Origin: Bdellovibrionota bacterium
GTDB taxonomy: Bacteria; Bdellovibrionota; FAC87; UBA2466; JACKAF01
Reading direction: 5' to 3'
Length of the DNA: 64,000 bases
Assembly: GCA_041751875.1 (NCBI GenBank)
Contig: JBGSIC010000013.1
Location: 11,858-75,857 of the forward strand
Part shown: positions 39,176 to 49,087 of the stretch, in pieces
Layout: every line of letters begins with the position of its first letter
Position numbering within the stretch: the stretch's first letter is position 1
Made by a program: the position numbers and the translations under genes
The notes under the pieces: model-generated
The model's input: the letters and a program-made list of their open reading frames with translations, nothing else
Told to the model about the DNA's origin: nothing
Database searches by the model: none

Positions 39176-40922
39176 ACCATTCAATTCTAGTTTACTGGGT
39201 AAGCAAGGATCATTGCGGGGGCAATTGTCTAAGTTACACGCTCTATTTCTCTATTCATTTCTGCTATTGGGCTGTCAGCCAAGCGGTAGTTACAACAACG
39301 CTGGTGTCGGCACCCTGACGGTAAGTTCGCTGACCGCGACGACCTCAGGGTCCCTGCCCGATGTGGATCGTTGGGGCACGCTCAACTTGACCGACACTTT
39401 CGATGTACAGCTGAACGCCCACATCACGCGGTTCGGGTGGCAGAACGAGGCCCTTTCGGAGTCCGAGCCACTTCTTCCTCATTCTAAAATTAAAGTGCGC
39501 ACTCTATTAGTAGTGCCGGATAAAAAGCAGTCGACAGGTTCATGGGCTCTGGATAGAGAAAATATCGAATGCGTCAGCGGTTGGGAAACCACAACCGAAG
39601 TAGGAGCGCATGGGGAAATTCAATTTCCCTTGGCTGCCCAGTATCTTTTTTCCGACGGTCCTCAGTTAGAAGGCCGAGCCTATCTCATTTTGGAAGTCGG
39701 TTTAAACGGGCAGACCGAGAGTGGCGTTGCGCCCACAACGCTCGCCGTACCTTTCACGGTTTTTGCCATGCAATCTTCTCTCACTCCCCGGTATTCAAAG
39801 GTTCCCTTTGAAGAGTGGAAAAACGCGTGCCCAGTGAAACTCTCGGAGGTTTCCCTGCCGGAGGCTGGACGCATCCAAAACTCAGGGCAACTGTTCGCCG
39901 CCAAAGGTAAACCGCTTCCCGAGGCAGTCGATTCGTTGAGTCTTTTCAAAGAAAAAAGTGGAATGCCGTCGTCTATTTTTACAAGTCGCTCTGCCCCTGC
40001 GAACTGGTCCTCCTCGCTGCGATCTGCTCTTGCCTTTTACACTGGCCAACTCAATGGCCATCGCGTCGATCCGCGCCGCGCACGCCAGATATTTTCCCCT
40101 CTCGCACGCGAGTTCTGTCCGCTTCTTAAGAAGGAAAGGAAGAACTGCGCCTCGGGTCTTCCTCTCGACTACATCGTTATCGAAGATTTTAATTTTTTGG
40201 CCGGCACACCAAAAGTACTCGCCCAAGATCATGCACGTGATTCTTTGCAACTCATCACCGCGTACATGGTCGAAACGGTTCAGTCGAGCAAGGTGGATCA
40301 CGGTCTAAGTAGTTCCGAACACAATTCTTCTGGCAATATCGGAAAGATTTTGGGGTTTGAAGCTTTCGGGAATGGTGGCGGGATTTTCAGCACCTGGACT
40401 CACGATGAGAATACCTATGTTGCCGTAGGCCTGTCGCGCGTCCAAGACGAGCGGGTCAGAAGCCGAAGCCGAGAGATGGGTGAACTTTCCGTCCAGGCTA
40501 AGATTCTGACTCTGGAAGCACCTGTGCGCCACTGCCTGCGTGTGCGGCCGGCGCGTGGCCACGACTGGGAGCCGTTCTTCTACTGCGAAGAAGCGAACAT
40601 TCAAGCCTTTGAACACACCTGGTACTATATCGACGACACAACGAACTTTAGTGGCTTTTTTAATAGCGCGAACGAAAATAGTCGCAACAATAAGTGGACT
40701 ACCCTCATGCGCGGCGAAGATAACTACGAACGTTTTCGGCTCTCATTGAATGATATGGTAATTGAGCTTCAGCAAATGCCTAAGCACTGGCAACGCACAC
40801 GCGATCTTTATCAGACGAAAACTAGCGCCAGCTCACGCACCCAATTCGCCGAAACCTTTCCTCAGGAATTAGGCATTTTCCCAGGCATGATCAGCTTCCA
40901 CTCAACCGAGCAAAGGCCCTAA
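39162..40922 (+). CDS. Hypothetical large lipoprotein
   Basis: Signal plus lipobox LLLGCQ. 586 aa with no recognisable catalytic motif. Confidence 0.45.
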   Translation: MTFYRPFNSSLLGKQGSLRGQLSKLHALFLYSFLLLGCQPSGSYNNAGVGTLTVSSLTATTSGSLPDVDRWGTLNLTDTFDVQLNAHITRFGWQNEALSESEPLLPHSKIKVRTLLVVPDKKQSTGSWALDRENIECVSGWETTTEVGAHGEIQFPLAAQYLFSDGPQLEGRAYLILEVGLNGQTESGVAPTTLAVPFTVFAMQSSLTPRYSKVPFEEWKNACPVKLSEVSLPEAGRIQNSGQLFAAKGKPLPEAVDSLSLFKEKSGMPSSIFTSRSAPANWSSSLRSALAFYTGQLNGHRVDPRRARQIFSPLAREFCPLLKKERKNCASGLPLDYIVIEDFNFLAGTPKVLAQDHARDSLQLITAYMVETVQSSKVDHGLSSSEHNSSGNIGKILGFEAFGNGGGIFSTWTHDENTYVAVGLSRVQDERVRSRSREMGELSVQAKILTLEAPVRHCLRVRPARGHDWEPFFYCEEANIQAFEHTWYYIDDTTNFSGFFNSANENSRNNKWTTLMRGEDNYERFRLSLNDMVIELQQMPKHWQRTRDLYQTKTSASSRTQFAETFPQELGIFPGMISFHSTEQRP

Positions 40923-42497
40923 AAAAACATCTACTCCCGAGATTGCAATGACTCCCGAGCGAGGAACGGCTGAACCGCCTGCGGGCCAATGACTGGTTAA
41001 ATGATCGGCCGACAAAACCCCGGGGTGTTGAACAGAAAGGAAAAGGGTTTTGCCATCGGGGCAAAACGTCGGGCCGGTAAATTCGGCATCGACGGGCGCA
41101 GAGGCTACCTGGAGGGCCCGCCCCGCGTGCTTTCCTTGCAAAGGAATCACAAACAGTCCGTTGTGGCTGATCTTTCCCATCGGTGTAACGAGATCAGTGG
41201 TCATCCACAAATTTCCCAGTTTATCAAAAACAAGATTGTCAGGATGCGCGAAACCGCTTCGGTCTCCGCCCACTATAAATTCAGTGGCTTTGAACTCGAG
41301 CGAGAGTGGGTCTGCCCCTTTTTCTTCAATTTTTAGAATCGCCCCCCGGTTACCTGCATCGTCGCCGGTTAGAGCGATAAAAACACTTTGGTTTTGCGGA
41401 TCAATCGCTATTCCTTCTGGGCGCGGATACCGTGTTGCTTTGAGAAGGTGTGCTGCTTCGCGCGTATAGATAAGAACGTCTAAAGGCGAGGCAAATGCGG
41501 TTTTGAGTACGGGTTGCTTGTTCCAATCCAAAGATAGCCATCGTCCGGCTTTGCTATCGGCGACAAACAACTCGCCCGCCTCCAATGATCCCGCCTTTGC
41601 AGAAATAAATTTATAGAGGCACTGGTTGTCTCCGTCGTCCCCCGAATAAACGACACAGCGCCCGTCCTTTGCTTTTGTGACCGTCGCCCCTTCCCGACAA
41701 TAGCGTCCCAACGCCACCCGCTTATAGGCCTTACGGGTTTTGGGATCAAACTCCACCACCCAACCATAGTGTTCCGGGGGAAAAGCCAGCTTTGCTTCCC
41801 AGTTGTATTTACTGGGACCCGCTTCCGATTTCTTCCCTTTGGAATCACGGTCACCCACGTAGTGAGGATAATTTTCCTCGCAGGTGAGAATCGTGCCCCA
41901 CGGCGTAACGCCACCCGCACAGTTTGCCATTGTCCCCACGGCTTTTTCCTGCCCTTGAATCTTAACAAGCGGTGAAAAAGGAATGACTGTCTTTCCACTC
42001 AAACGATAGTTCCCGTTGTTCTTGAAATCCACCTTCCACGCACCCGCTTTTCGGACGAGCTTAATCAGAGAGCCGCCCACGATGTCTCTTGCCTCCTCAA
42101 CGGAAAGCGGAGCCGAACCCGGCGCCCGCGCATGAACGGGCGATTCATGGTTTACCCATAGCCACCCCTCGTCCTTGGAGAGGGGAAGAAAGGCTGTAAA
42201 ATCGTTGTCGTTCCCGAAGCGTTCTCCTCGGGAATTAATCACATCGCCAAACGTGCACAAAATTTCGGCCTTTAGGCCTGGTGCCAGGACAACCTCATCC
42301 TTTTGGGAGGGGAAGGACCCGAGCTGAAGCATTGGCGCCTTTGAGGCACGGGCGAAAGCGGGAAGTGGAAGAGAGGCTACCGCAGCGGTGCGTCCCATAA
42401 AGGTGAGAAACTCTCGGCGCGAAAACAAATCCAATTTTTCCTCAGAAACTAGTGGGTGACGGGCTTGGAAGGATCTTTCTCTTCCTTCGACTCCCAA
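40902..42497 (-). CDS. Tat-secreted PhoX-like alkaline phosphatase (beta-propeller phosphatase family); inferred
   Basis: Twin-arginine motif SRREFLTF followed by a hydrophobic region and AxA. Located at the distal end of the phoB-phoR-pstSCAB-phoU operon. The start is uncertain: the TTG at 42497 overlaps phoU by 49 nt, and the alternative ATG at 42398 loses the RR motif. Confidence 0.5.
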   Translation of the reverse strand: MGVEGRERSFQARHPLVSEEKLDLFSRREFLTFMGRTAAVASLPLPAFARASKAPMLQLGSFPSQKDEVVLAPGLKAEILCTFGDVINSRGERFGNDNDFTAFLPLSKDEGWLWVNHESPVHARAPGSAPLSVEEARDIVGGSLIKLVRKAGAWKVDFKNNGNYRLSGKTVIPFSPLVKIQGQEKAVGTMANCAGGVTPWGTILTCEENYPHYVGDRDSKGKKSEAGPSKYNWEAKLAFPPEHYGWVVEFDPKTRKAYKRVALGRYCREGATVTKAKDGRCVVYSGDDGDNQCLYKFISAKAGSLEAGELFVADSKAGRWLSLDWNKQPVLKTAFASPLDVLIYTREAAHLLKATRYPRPEGIAIDPQNQSVFIALTGDDAGNRGAILKIEEKGADPLSLEFKATEFIVGGDRSGFAHPDNLVFDKLGNLWMTTDLVTPMGKISHNGLFVIPLQGKHAGRALQVASAPVDAEFTGPTFCPDGKTLFLSVQHPGVLSADHLTSHWPAGGSAVPRSGVIAISGVDVFLGPLLG

Positions 42498-43147
42498 TCG
42501 GAGTGACGAATAATTTCTCCGTCCACCATGTACACAACGTCTTCCGCTATGTTTGTTACGTGGTCGGCGATACGCTCAAGATTGCGTGAGCACCAAAGAA
42601 AATGAATATAGAGCTCAATACTTTCGGGCTTCTTCTTCATCAGCTCTACGACAGAATCGATAATCTCACGGTGAAATCCATCTACTTCGTCGTCGGCGAT
42701 ACACACCTTCTTAGATAAAATAGAATCGCGATCCACAAAGGCTTTCAAGCTATCGCGTAGCATACGAGCCGTCGCATCTGCCATTGAAACCATCAGTTCC
42801 GGAAGCGGAAGCGCCGGTGCTTTGGCGAGTTTTTTCGCCCGCCGAGCAATATTCACGGAAAGGTCAGCGATACGCTCCAAATCGTTGTTGATCTTCATGA
42901 CCGTACTGACAAAACGCAAGTCTTCGGCCACGGGCTGATAAAGCGCGAGAACTTTGAGACAGTCCTCTTCGATTTTCACTTCTAAACGGTCAATCAGATC
43001 GTCTTCGTGAATTACCTTGCGCGCTTCTTCCACGTTACGTTCTCGTAGTGCGCGGATGGAGCGTGCGATGGTGGCTTCCACCATGGCGCCCATGGTGAGA
43101 AGCTCTTTTTTCAGCGCATCTGCGCTTAACTGAAAATGTTTGTTCAT
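42449..43147 (-). CDS. phoU: Phosphate signalling complex protein PhoU
   Basis: Two PhoU repeats with the conserved DxxxD-containing helices (ERIAD, ERIADH). 232 aa. Confidence 0.85.
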   Translation of the reverse strand: MNKHFQLSADALKKELLTMGAMVEATIARSIRALRERNVEEARKVIHEDDLIDRLEVKIEEDCLKVLALYQPVAEDLRFVSTVMKINNDLERIADLSVNIARRAKKLAKAPALPLPELMVSMADATARMLRDSLKAFVDRDSILSKKVCIADDEVDGFHREIIDSVVELMKKKPESIELYIHFLWCSRNLERIADHVTNIAEDVVYMVDGEIIRHSDWESKEEKDPSKPVTH

Positions 43148-43917
43148 CAGCCGAACTTTCCTGTTACGTAATCTTCCGTTTCCCTATTTTTCGGCGTGGT
43201 AAAGATGGTTTTGGTCTCACCGAACTCAATCAGCTTTCCCTGGAACAAAAAGGCCGTCAAGTCGGAGATGCGGGCCGCCTGTTGCATATTATGCGTCACA
43301 ATGAGAATCGTATACTTCTCCCGAAGTTCAAGTAAGAGCTCTTCCACCCGCGCAGTGGAAGCAGGATCCAACGCGGAGCAGGGTTCATCGAGTAAAATGA
43401 CTTCGGGATCCATGGCAATGGCGCGAGCTATGCATAAACGTTGCTGCTGACCACCCGACAATGCCAACCCACTGTCATTGAGCTTGTCTTTCACTTCGTC
43501 CCAAAGCGCCGCCTTGCGCAGACACCGTTCTACTAATTCCGGGAGATCACCGCGGTACCCGTTGATGGAAGGTCCCCAAGATACGTTCTTAAAAATTGAG
43601 CCTGGGAAAGGGTTGGGCTTTTGGAAGACCATACCGACTTTGCGGCGGATTTCCACCGGGTCACTGCCCTTTTTGTAGATATCGCGACCGTGGTAGAGCA
43701 CCTTGCCACGAATGCGCACACCAAAAACAAGATCATTCATGCGGTTAAAAGTGCGCAAAAGCGTGCTCTTCCCACAACCCGAAGGACCAATCATCGCAGT
43801 GATTTGGTTCTGTGAAATGCGCACGTTCACATTCTTAACAGCGGGTGCGCTGCCGTATGCGACCGTAAGGTTTTCGGTCTCCAGAATGGGTTCTGCAATG
43901 GTTTGCGCTTCTACCAT
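43147..43917 (-). CDS. pstB: Phosphate ABC transporter ATP-binding protein
   Basis: Walker [10 protein letters not shown], signature LSGGQQQR and Walker B ILLDEP. Typical PstB length of 256 aa. Confidence 0.9.
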   Translation of the reverse strand: MVEAQTIAEPILETENLTVAYGSAPAVKNVNVRISQNQITAMIGPSGCGKSTLLRTFNRMNDLVFGVRIRGKVLYHGRDIYKKGSDPVEIRRKVGMVFQKPNPFPGSIFKNVSWGPSINGYRGDLPELVERCLRKAALWDEVKDKLNDSGLALSGGQQQRLCIARAIAMDPEVILLDEPCSALDPASTARVEELLLELREKYTILIVTHNMQQAARISDLTAFLFQGKLIEFGETKTIFTTPKNRETEDYVTGKFG

Positions 43918-44888
43918 TTAAGTCTCCGTTGGTAGCGATCCCGAATGAAAATGGCGGCCGCGTTCATGGTTAAAAGGAATATGAGAAGGACAAGAATACC
44001 GGCAGCGGCGAGCTCATGAAAACTTTCCTGCGGACGCGATGACCAGTCAAAAATTTGGATGGGCAAGACAGTGAAAGCGCTCGATGGGCCCTCTGGAACA
44101 AAGGCCACGTAGGCTACGGCTCCCACAAGAATCAATGGAGCGGTTTCTCCAATAGCGCGGGAAAGCGAAAGAATAATACCGGTCAGGATGCCAGGGAGTG
44201 CGGCGGGAACGACGTGGGCACTGATCGCCTGCCAACGTGTCGCTCCCAAAGCATAAGCGGCTTCGCGAATGGTATTGGGCACCCCCCGCAAGGCTTCGCG
44301 TGATGCCACAATAATCACCGGTAGAATCAAGAGGCTCATGGTCAGCGCACCGGAAGTCACGCTACGGCCCAGCGCCATGGCGCGCACAAATACAACTAAC
44401 CCCAAAAGACCGTAAATAATGGAGGGGACACCAGCCAAATTCGAAATGTTGATCTCAATCAGGTTTCCGAGTCGGCTACGCTTGGCATACTCCTCCAGAT
44501 AAACAGCAGCTCCCACTCCCACGGGAATGGAAAAGATCGCGGTAAAAGTAATCACCCAAAGGGAACCCCAGATCGCAGACCAAATTCCTGCCTTAGCCGG
44601 GAAGCGAGAGGGAAAGCTCGTTATAAAATTCCAGTTCAGCCACCCCGCGCCTTGGCGAATGATTTCATAAAGAAGAATAAGAAGCATCATCACCGCAAGC
44701 GTCACGGTGCCAATGAGAACGACGCGAAAAGCATTGGCCTTGAAGCGGCGCCAGCGCAAATTCACGCTGAAATCGGATTCCTTTTCCGCGATGTCTTTTG
44801 AGTTCTGCACCGGTCTTGATATTCCCGTTAAACTTAACACCCTAACCATCCCCTTCATCAGGTTTGACTGCGCGTTGGTTGTTTCCAC
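43911..44888 (-). CDS. pstA: Phosphate ABC transporter permease PstA
   Basis: Polytopic permease with an EAA-like loop ([12 protein letters not shown]). Lies directly upstream of pstB. Confidence 0.85.
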   Translation of the reverse strand: METTNAQSNLMKGMVRVLSLTGISRPVQNSKDIAEKESDFSVNLRWRRFKANAFRVVLIGTVTLAVMMLLILLYEIIRQGAGWLNWNFITSFPSRFPAKAGIWSAIWGSLWVITFTAIFSIPVGVGAAVYLEEYAKRSRLGNLIEINISNLAGVPSIIYGLLGLVVFVRAMALGRSVTSGALTMSLLILPVIIVASREALRGVPNTIREAAYALGATRWQAISAHVVPAALPGILTGIILSLSRAIGETAPLILVGAVAYVAFVPEGPSSAFTVLPIQIFDWSSRPQESFHELAAAGILVLLIFLLTMNAAAIFIRDRYQRRLKW

Positions 44889-44889
44889 T

Positions 44890-45801
44890 TTACTGGCTCT
44901 TGTATTTCCTAAACCGTCGGACCACCCAGAAGGCCGACAGGTTCATCACTAAAGTGATGAGAAACAATAAAAGCCCAACAGCAAAAATCGTTTGGTACTC
45001 GATGGACCCGGCAACCACATCTCCCATGCTGATCTGGACCATAAAGGCCGTCATGGTTTGGATGCTCTCAAGCGGATTCAACGTCAGCACCGGATTCGCG
45101 CCAGCGGCTAAGGTTACCGCCATGGTTTCGCCAATCGCCCGCGAAAGAGCAAGCACAAAGGAGGCAAAGATACCCGAGGCCGCGCCTGGCACCACAATCC
45201 GCGTCGAAACTTCCAATTTTGTCGCCCCCAGGGCATAGCCCGCTTGGCGCACACTGATGGGAACAGTTCTCAAGGCGTCATCGCAAAGAGAGGCAATCAT
45301 AGGGAGAATCATGATACCGACCACAATCGCCGCACTGGCAGCGTTGAATACCTCGGTTTCAGGAAAGAGAACGGTCAAAACGGGGGTCACCGTCGTGATA
45401 GCGAAATACCCGTAAACCACTGTCGGGATACCAGCCAAAATCTCCAAGATGGGCTTGAGGACTCCGCGCAAACCATCCGAAGCGTACTCACTCAGAAAAA
45501 TCCCACAGCCCAGACCCAGTGGAATACCGACCACGCCCGCACCAAAAGCTATCTGCAACGTGCCTGCAAAAAGCGGAAGCACACCAAACTGCTTCGGCTC
45601 AATCATCGGGGTCCAGACCTTGCCAAAAAGAAACTCAATGGGGGAAACACTCTGAAAGAAGGTCAGACCTTCCGTCACAAGTACGTAGACAATGCCGCAG
45701 GTCGTGACCACAGAAACCATGGCACAAAGGAGAAGCAATAATTTTACTGCTTCTTCTTTGAACTGCCTGCTTCGTGCCGAACTCGCCGCGTAGAGTGACA
45801 T
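44890..45801 (-). CDS. pstC: Phosphate ABC transporter permease PstC
   Basis: Polytopic permease with EAA-like motif RQAGYALGATKLE. Lies between pstS and pstA. Confidence 0.85.
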   Translation of the reverse strand: MSLYAASSARSRQFKEEAVKLLLLLCAMVSVVTTCGIVYVLVTEGLTFFQSVSPIEFLFGKVWTPMIEPKQFGVLPLFAGTLQIAFGAGVVGIPLGLGCGIFLSEYASDGLRGVLKPILEILAGIPTVVYGYFAITTVTPVLTVLFPETEVFNAASAAIVVGIMILPMIASLCDDALRTVPISVRQAGYALGATKLEVSTRIVVPGAASGIFASFVLALSRAIGETMAVTLAAGANPVLTLNPLESIQTMTAFMVQISMGDVVAGSIEYQTIFAVGLLLFLITLVMNLSAFWVVRRFRKYKSQ

Positions 45802-45814
45802 AATTTATTTCGGG

Positions 45815-46762
45815 TCAGGATTTGGGAGACGCAGCGTTGGGGGCTACTTTCTTCACAAACGCCTCGAAGGTCGCCGAAGCTTCCTTATACTTTGCTTCGG
45901 GCATCGGAACATAGCGAACCGACTCCACGATCTCACGCGCGTTCTTCAAATAGTAACGAACAAAAGCCTGTACCTCTGGGCGCTGAGCCGCCTTCGCGCT
46001 GACGTAAATATAGACAGGACGCGAAAGAGGGTAGGTTCCGTTCTCAATTGTTTGGATTGAAGGGGTTACTCCGTCGATCGCAAGGGCTTTGAGTTTTGAA
46101 GCGTTCTCAGCAAAATAGGCAAAACCAAAATACGCCATCGCGTTAGGGCTCGCCGCCACCCCTTTGACCAGAGCATTATCATCTTCGCTGGTGACAACAC
46201 TTTCCGTGCGGATCACGCCCGACTTTCCATTTACGTGCTCACTGAAATAATCGAAGGTACCGGAATCGTGTCCTGCACCGTAAAGCTTCAAGGGTTCAGC
46301 AGGCCAAGCGGGATTGAGATCGCTCCACTTTTTAATCTTGCTACCAGGTTCCCAAATCTTTTTGAGTTCGGCCATCGACAACTTTTTCGCGAAGGGATTA
46401 CTGGTACTAACCACAACCGAAAGGCCGTCAAACGCCACCGGAAGTTCAACATAGTCTAGGCGACTCTCCTTAGCGCACTTAATTTCCTCAGCTTTGATTT
46501 TGCGAGACGCATCGTTGATGTCCATCTCGCCTTTGCACCACTTTTTAAAACCACCGCCCGTGCCCGAGTAGGCAACGGTCACGCGAACTTTTTGATTCTC
46601 TTTTTCGCGTTGAAACTCTTCGGCTACGGCTGCCGAAATGGGATACACCGTGCTCGATCCATCAATTCGCACCGAGCCTTCTAGTGCGTTCGCCGCACTA
46701 GGAAATAAGAAAGAAACCACCACCCCCACAAAACCCGCTATCCGCACGAAAGAGCACTTCAT
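45815..46762 (-). CDS. pstS: Phosphate ABC transporter substrate-binding protein
   Basis: Signal peptide. The SGTGGG motif (YSGTGGGFKK) is typical of the PstS phosphate-binding site. Confidence 0.85.
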   Translation of the reverse strand: MKCSFVRIAGFVGVVVSFLFPSAANALEGSVRIDGSSTVYPISAAVAEEFQREKENQKVRVTVAYSGTGGGFKKWCKGEMDINDASRKIKAEEIKCAKESRLDYVELPVAFDGLSVVVSTSNPFAKKLSMAELKKIWEPGSKIKKWSDLNPAWPAEPLKLYGAGHDSGTFDYFSEHVNGKSGVIRTESVVTSEDDNALVKGVAASPNAMAYFGFAYFAENASKLKALAIDGVTPSIQTIENGTYPLSRPVYIYVSAKAAQRPEVQAFVRYYLKNAREIVESVRYVPMPEAKYKEASATFEAFVKKVAPNAASPKS

Positions 46763-46885
46763 AGGAACTTCCTTTGTATCAGGGCACTATAGATTCTTCG
46801 CCTTTCTACGCTTCAATTTTAAAGATTCCTTAAAGACGCCAACAAGCGCCCTTAAAGCTAAAACAGGGAATAAACGAATGAAATA

Positions 46886-48250
46886 TCAATTACTTAATGG
46901 GAGATTCACCGTAAAGCGGCTGCCCTTATCGGGCTGGCTGGCTACCGAAATGGTACCGTGAAGCGATTGCACCAGATGCTTAACAATAGAGAGGCCCAGG
47001 CCGGTGCCGCTGATTTCGCTGGAACGGGCTTTATCCACTCGGTAAAAGCGCTCGAAAATCCGCTCATGCTCTTGCCGAGGAATCCCCACGCCATCGTCTT
47101 CGACTTCAATCTGGGCGCTTTCGCTGTCTTTCTTCACACGCAAGACAATGGTGCCGGGAGCGGGAGTGTACTTGATCGCATTATCAATCAGGTTATGTGT
47201 CACCTGACGAATCGCTTTCTCATCTCCCCAAACGAAAACGCTTTCGGGAAAAAGTTGGCGTTGCAACTCAAGTCCCTTTCCTTTGATCGCCAGTTCATGA
47301 TCCTGCACGCTTTCGCTCACAATGCGATTTAAGTCGACGGCAGATAAAGGAAGTGAATCCTTATTCGCTTCGATGCGCGCCAGAGTGAGAAGATCTTGCA
47401 CTTGCTCAACCAGCTGGTCGACTTTCCCTTCAATTTTCCTTAAGAAACGAACGTTATTTTTTTCGTCGAAAAGTGCCCCACCGATGAGCGTCTCGACGTA
47501 TCCTTTTATGGCGGTCAAAGGAGTTTTAAGTTCGTGCGATACGTTGGCAACGAACTCTTTGCGCACGCCTTCTAAGCGCCGTAGTTCAGTAATGTCGTGG
47601 AACACAACGACCACGCCTTGATCACTGTCGCCCGAAAGAGGCGTGGCTTGTACTTCCAACATCAGCTCTTCTTTCACGCCGCGGACCGAAATTTCTCCCT
47701 TAATCGAACTACCTTGCGTGCGGGTGGTTTCGACGATTTCCTTAATGGGCAGAAGCTGCACAAACTCCCACAACCGTTGAGCAGTGTGGCCTAAGGCAGA
47801 TTCGCCCAGCAGAAGGCGGGCGGCGTCGTTACAGAAAAGAATTTTGTCCTCTTGATCTACAGCGATCACACCTTCCACCATGCTGGCTAGCATCGCGCGA
47901 AACTGCGCGCGCTCATGTGACAGAGATCCCACTCGGGCTTCCAGATCTTTTCCCAACGCTTTCAACGTACGATCCAGTTCACCGAAGCTGCCCGACGACA
48001 GTTTTCCCTTGGCCGAGTAACGTCCCTCTCGCAGGCCCTCGACAAATTTTTGAATCGAATCCAAGGGAGCGAACATTTTACTTAAGGCGCGATGAGAAAG
48101 AATGAGGGAAACGATAACCGCGAGCAGCATACCGAACAGAACTGCCCAGCCACTCACCGAGGTCGCCGAAAAAAAGACAGGGGTCACCCCTACCAAAAAA
48201 CTGATCAAACCAATGCTGAAGAACTTCCAATAGTATGGATGTTTGAACAC
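46886..48250 (-). CDS. phoR: Phosphate regulon sensor histidine kinase
   Basis: Two N-terminal transmembrane segments, a HAMP/PAS region, an H-box SHELKTPLT, and HATPase N/G boxes (DNAIKYT, GTGLGLSIV). Confidence 0.8.
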   Translation of the reverse strand: MFKHPYYWKFFSIGLISFLVGVTPVFFSATSVSGWAVLFGMLLAVIVSLILSHRALSKMFAPLDSIQKFVEGLREGRYSAKGKLSSGSFGELDRTLKALGKDLEARVGSLSHERAQFRAMLASMVEGVIAVDQEDKILFCNDAARLLLGESALGHTAQRLWEFVQLLPIKEIVETTRTQGSSIKGEISVRGVKEELMLEVQATPLSGDSDQGVVVVFHDITELRRLEGVRKEFVANVSHELKTPLTAIKGYVETLIGGALFDEKNNVRFLRKIEGKVDQLVEQVQDLLTLARIEANKDSLPLSAVDLNRIVSESVQDHELAIKGKGLELQRQLFPESVFVWGDEKAIRQVTHNLIDNAIKYTPAPGTIVLRVKKDSESAQIEVEDDGVGIPRQEHERIFERFYRVDKARSSEISGTGLGLSIVKHLVQSLHGTISVASQPDKGSRFTVNLPLSN

Positions 48251-48987
48251 TATAACTCTTTAAACTTGTACCCCACACCGCGCACAGTGGTAATCAAATC
48301 GCCCGCTTCATCACCCAGTTTGCGTCGGATAGCACCGATATGCACATCGACATTGCGCTCGACTACGATGGATTCTCCACCGGTGACTTTTTCAATCAGT
48401 TGCTGACGGGTAAAAACCCGCCCCGGTTTTGCCGCCAGTGTCTTAAGCAACCGAAACTCCGCTGCTGTCACTTCAACCAGTTCATCGCTCAAACGGACTT
48501 CGTGGCGTTCGGAATCTATTTTAAGAGGACCCACTTCAATTTCAGGAGCCGTAGCAACATTGGGAGTGCCCGTGCGACGCAAAATCGCTCGCATGCGAGC
48601 AATCAGTTCACGAGGGCTAAAGGGTTTGGTCAGATAATCATCCGCACCAAGTTCCAAACCAATCACCTTGTCTGCTTCTTCACCCTTGGCGGTTAGCATG
48701 ATCAAAGGAATCCCACGCGTTTCCGGATTTTCTTTGAGCATCCGGCAAACTTCGAGACCGCTCATTCCCGGTAGCATGAGATCCAACAGGATCAGGGCCG
48801 GCTTGCGCGAAACCGCTTCCTGATAACCGCTGTGTCCCTCGCGTGCGGTGTAGACTCGAAAGCCTTCCCGCTCGAGGTTATAAACAAGGATTTCAACGAT
48901 ATCCGGTTCGTCTTCTACAACTAAGATTTTCTTGTTTTCGACCGCCATAGGAGCCCCCTCATACCCTAATCGTGGTAACGGGATCAA
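48250..48987 (-). CDS. phoB: Phosphate regulon response regulator
   Basis: Receiver domain (DEPDIVEIL...LDLMLPG) plus an OmpR/PhoB winged-helix C-terminus (RGVGYKF). Confidence 0.85.
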   Translation of the reverse strand: MIPLPRLGYEGAPMAVENKKILVVEDEPDIVEILVYNLEREGFRVYTAREGHSGYQEAVSRKPALILLDLMLPGMSGLEVCRMLKENPETRGIPLIMLTAKGEEADKVIGLELGADDYLTKPFSPRELIARMRAILRRTGTPNVATAPEIEVGPLKIDSERHEVRLSDELVEVTAAEFRLLKTLAAKPGRVFTRQQLIEKVTGGESIVVERNVDVHIGAIRRKLGDEAGDLITTVRGVGYKFKEL

Positions 48988-49087
48988 TACGCCTACCCTA
49001 CTAGAATTGCATTAATTTCTCGCAAAGATCCGACTAAGGGCTGGATAAAAAAGAGTTTTACCAGATCTGAAGGGGAAAAAAGCCCCC

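Noticed and set aside
41480-41998. 172-aa minus-strand ORF (different frame) and + strand ORFs 41001..41469 inside the PhoX-like gene
   Set aside because: They lie fully inside the longer, Tat-signal-bearing 531-aa ORF. No independent support.
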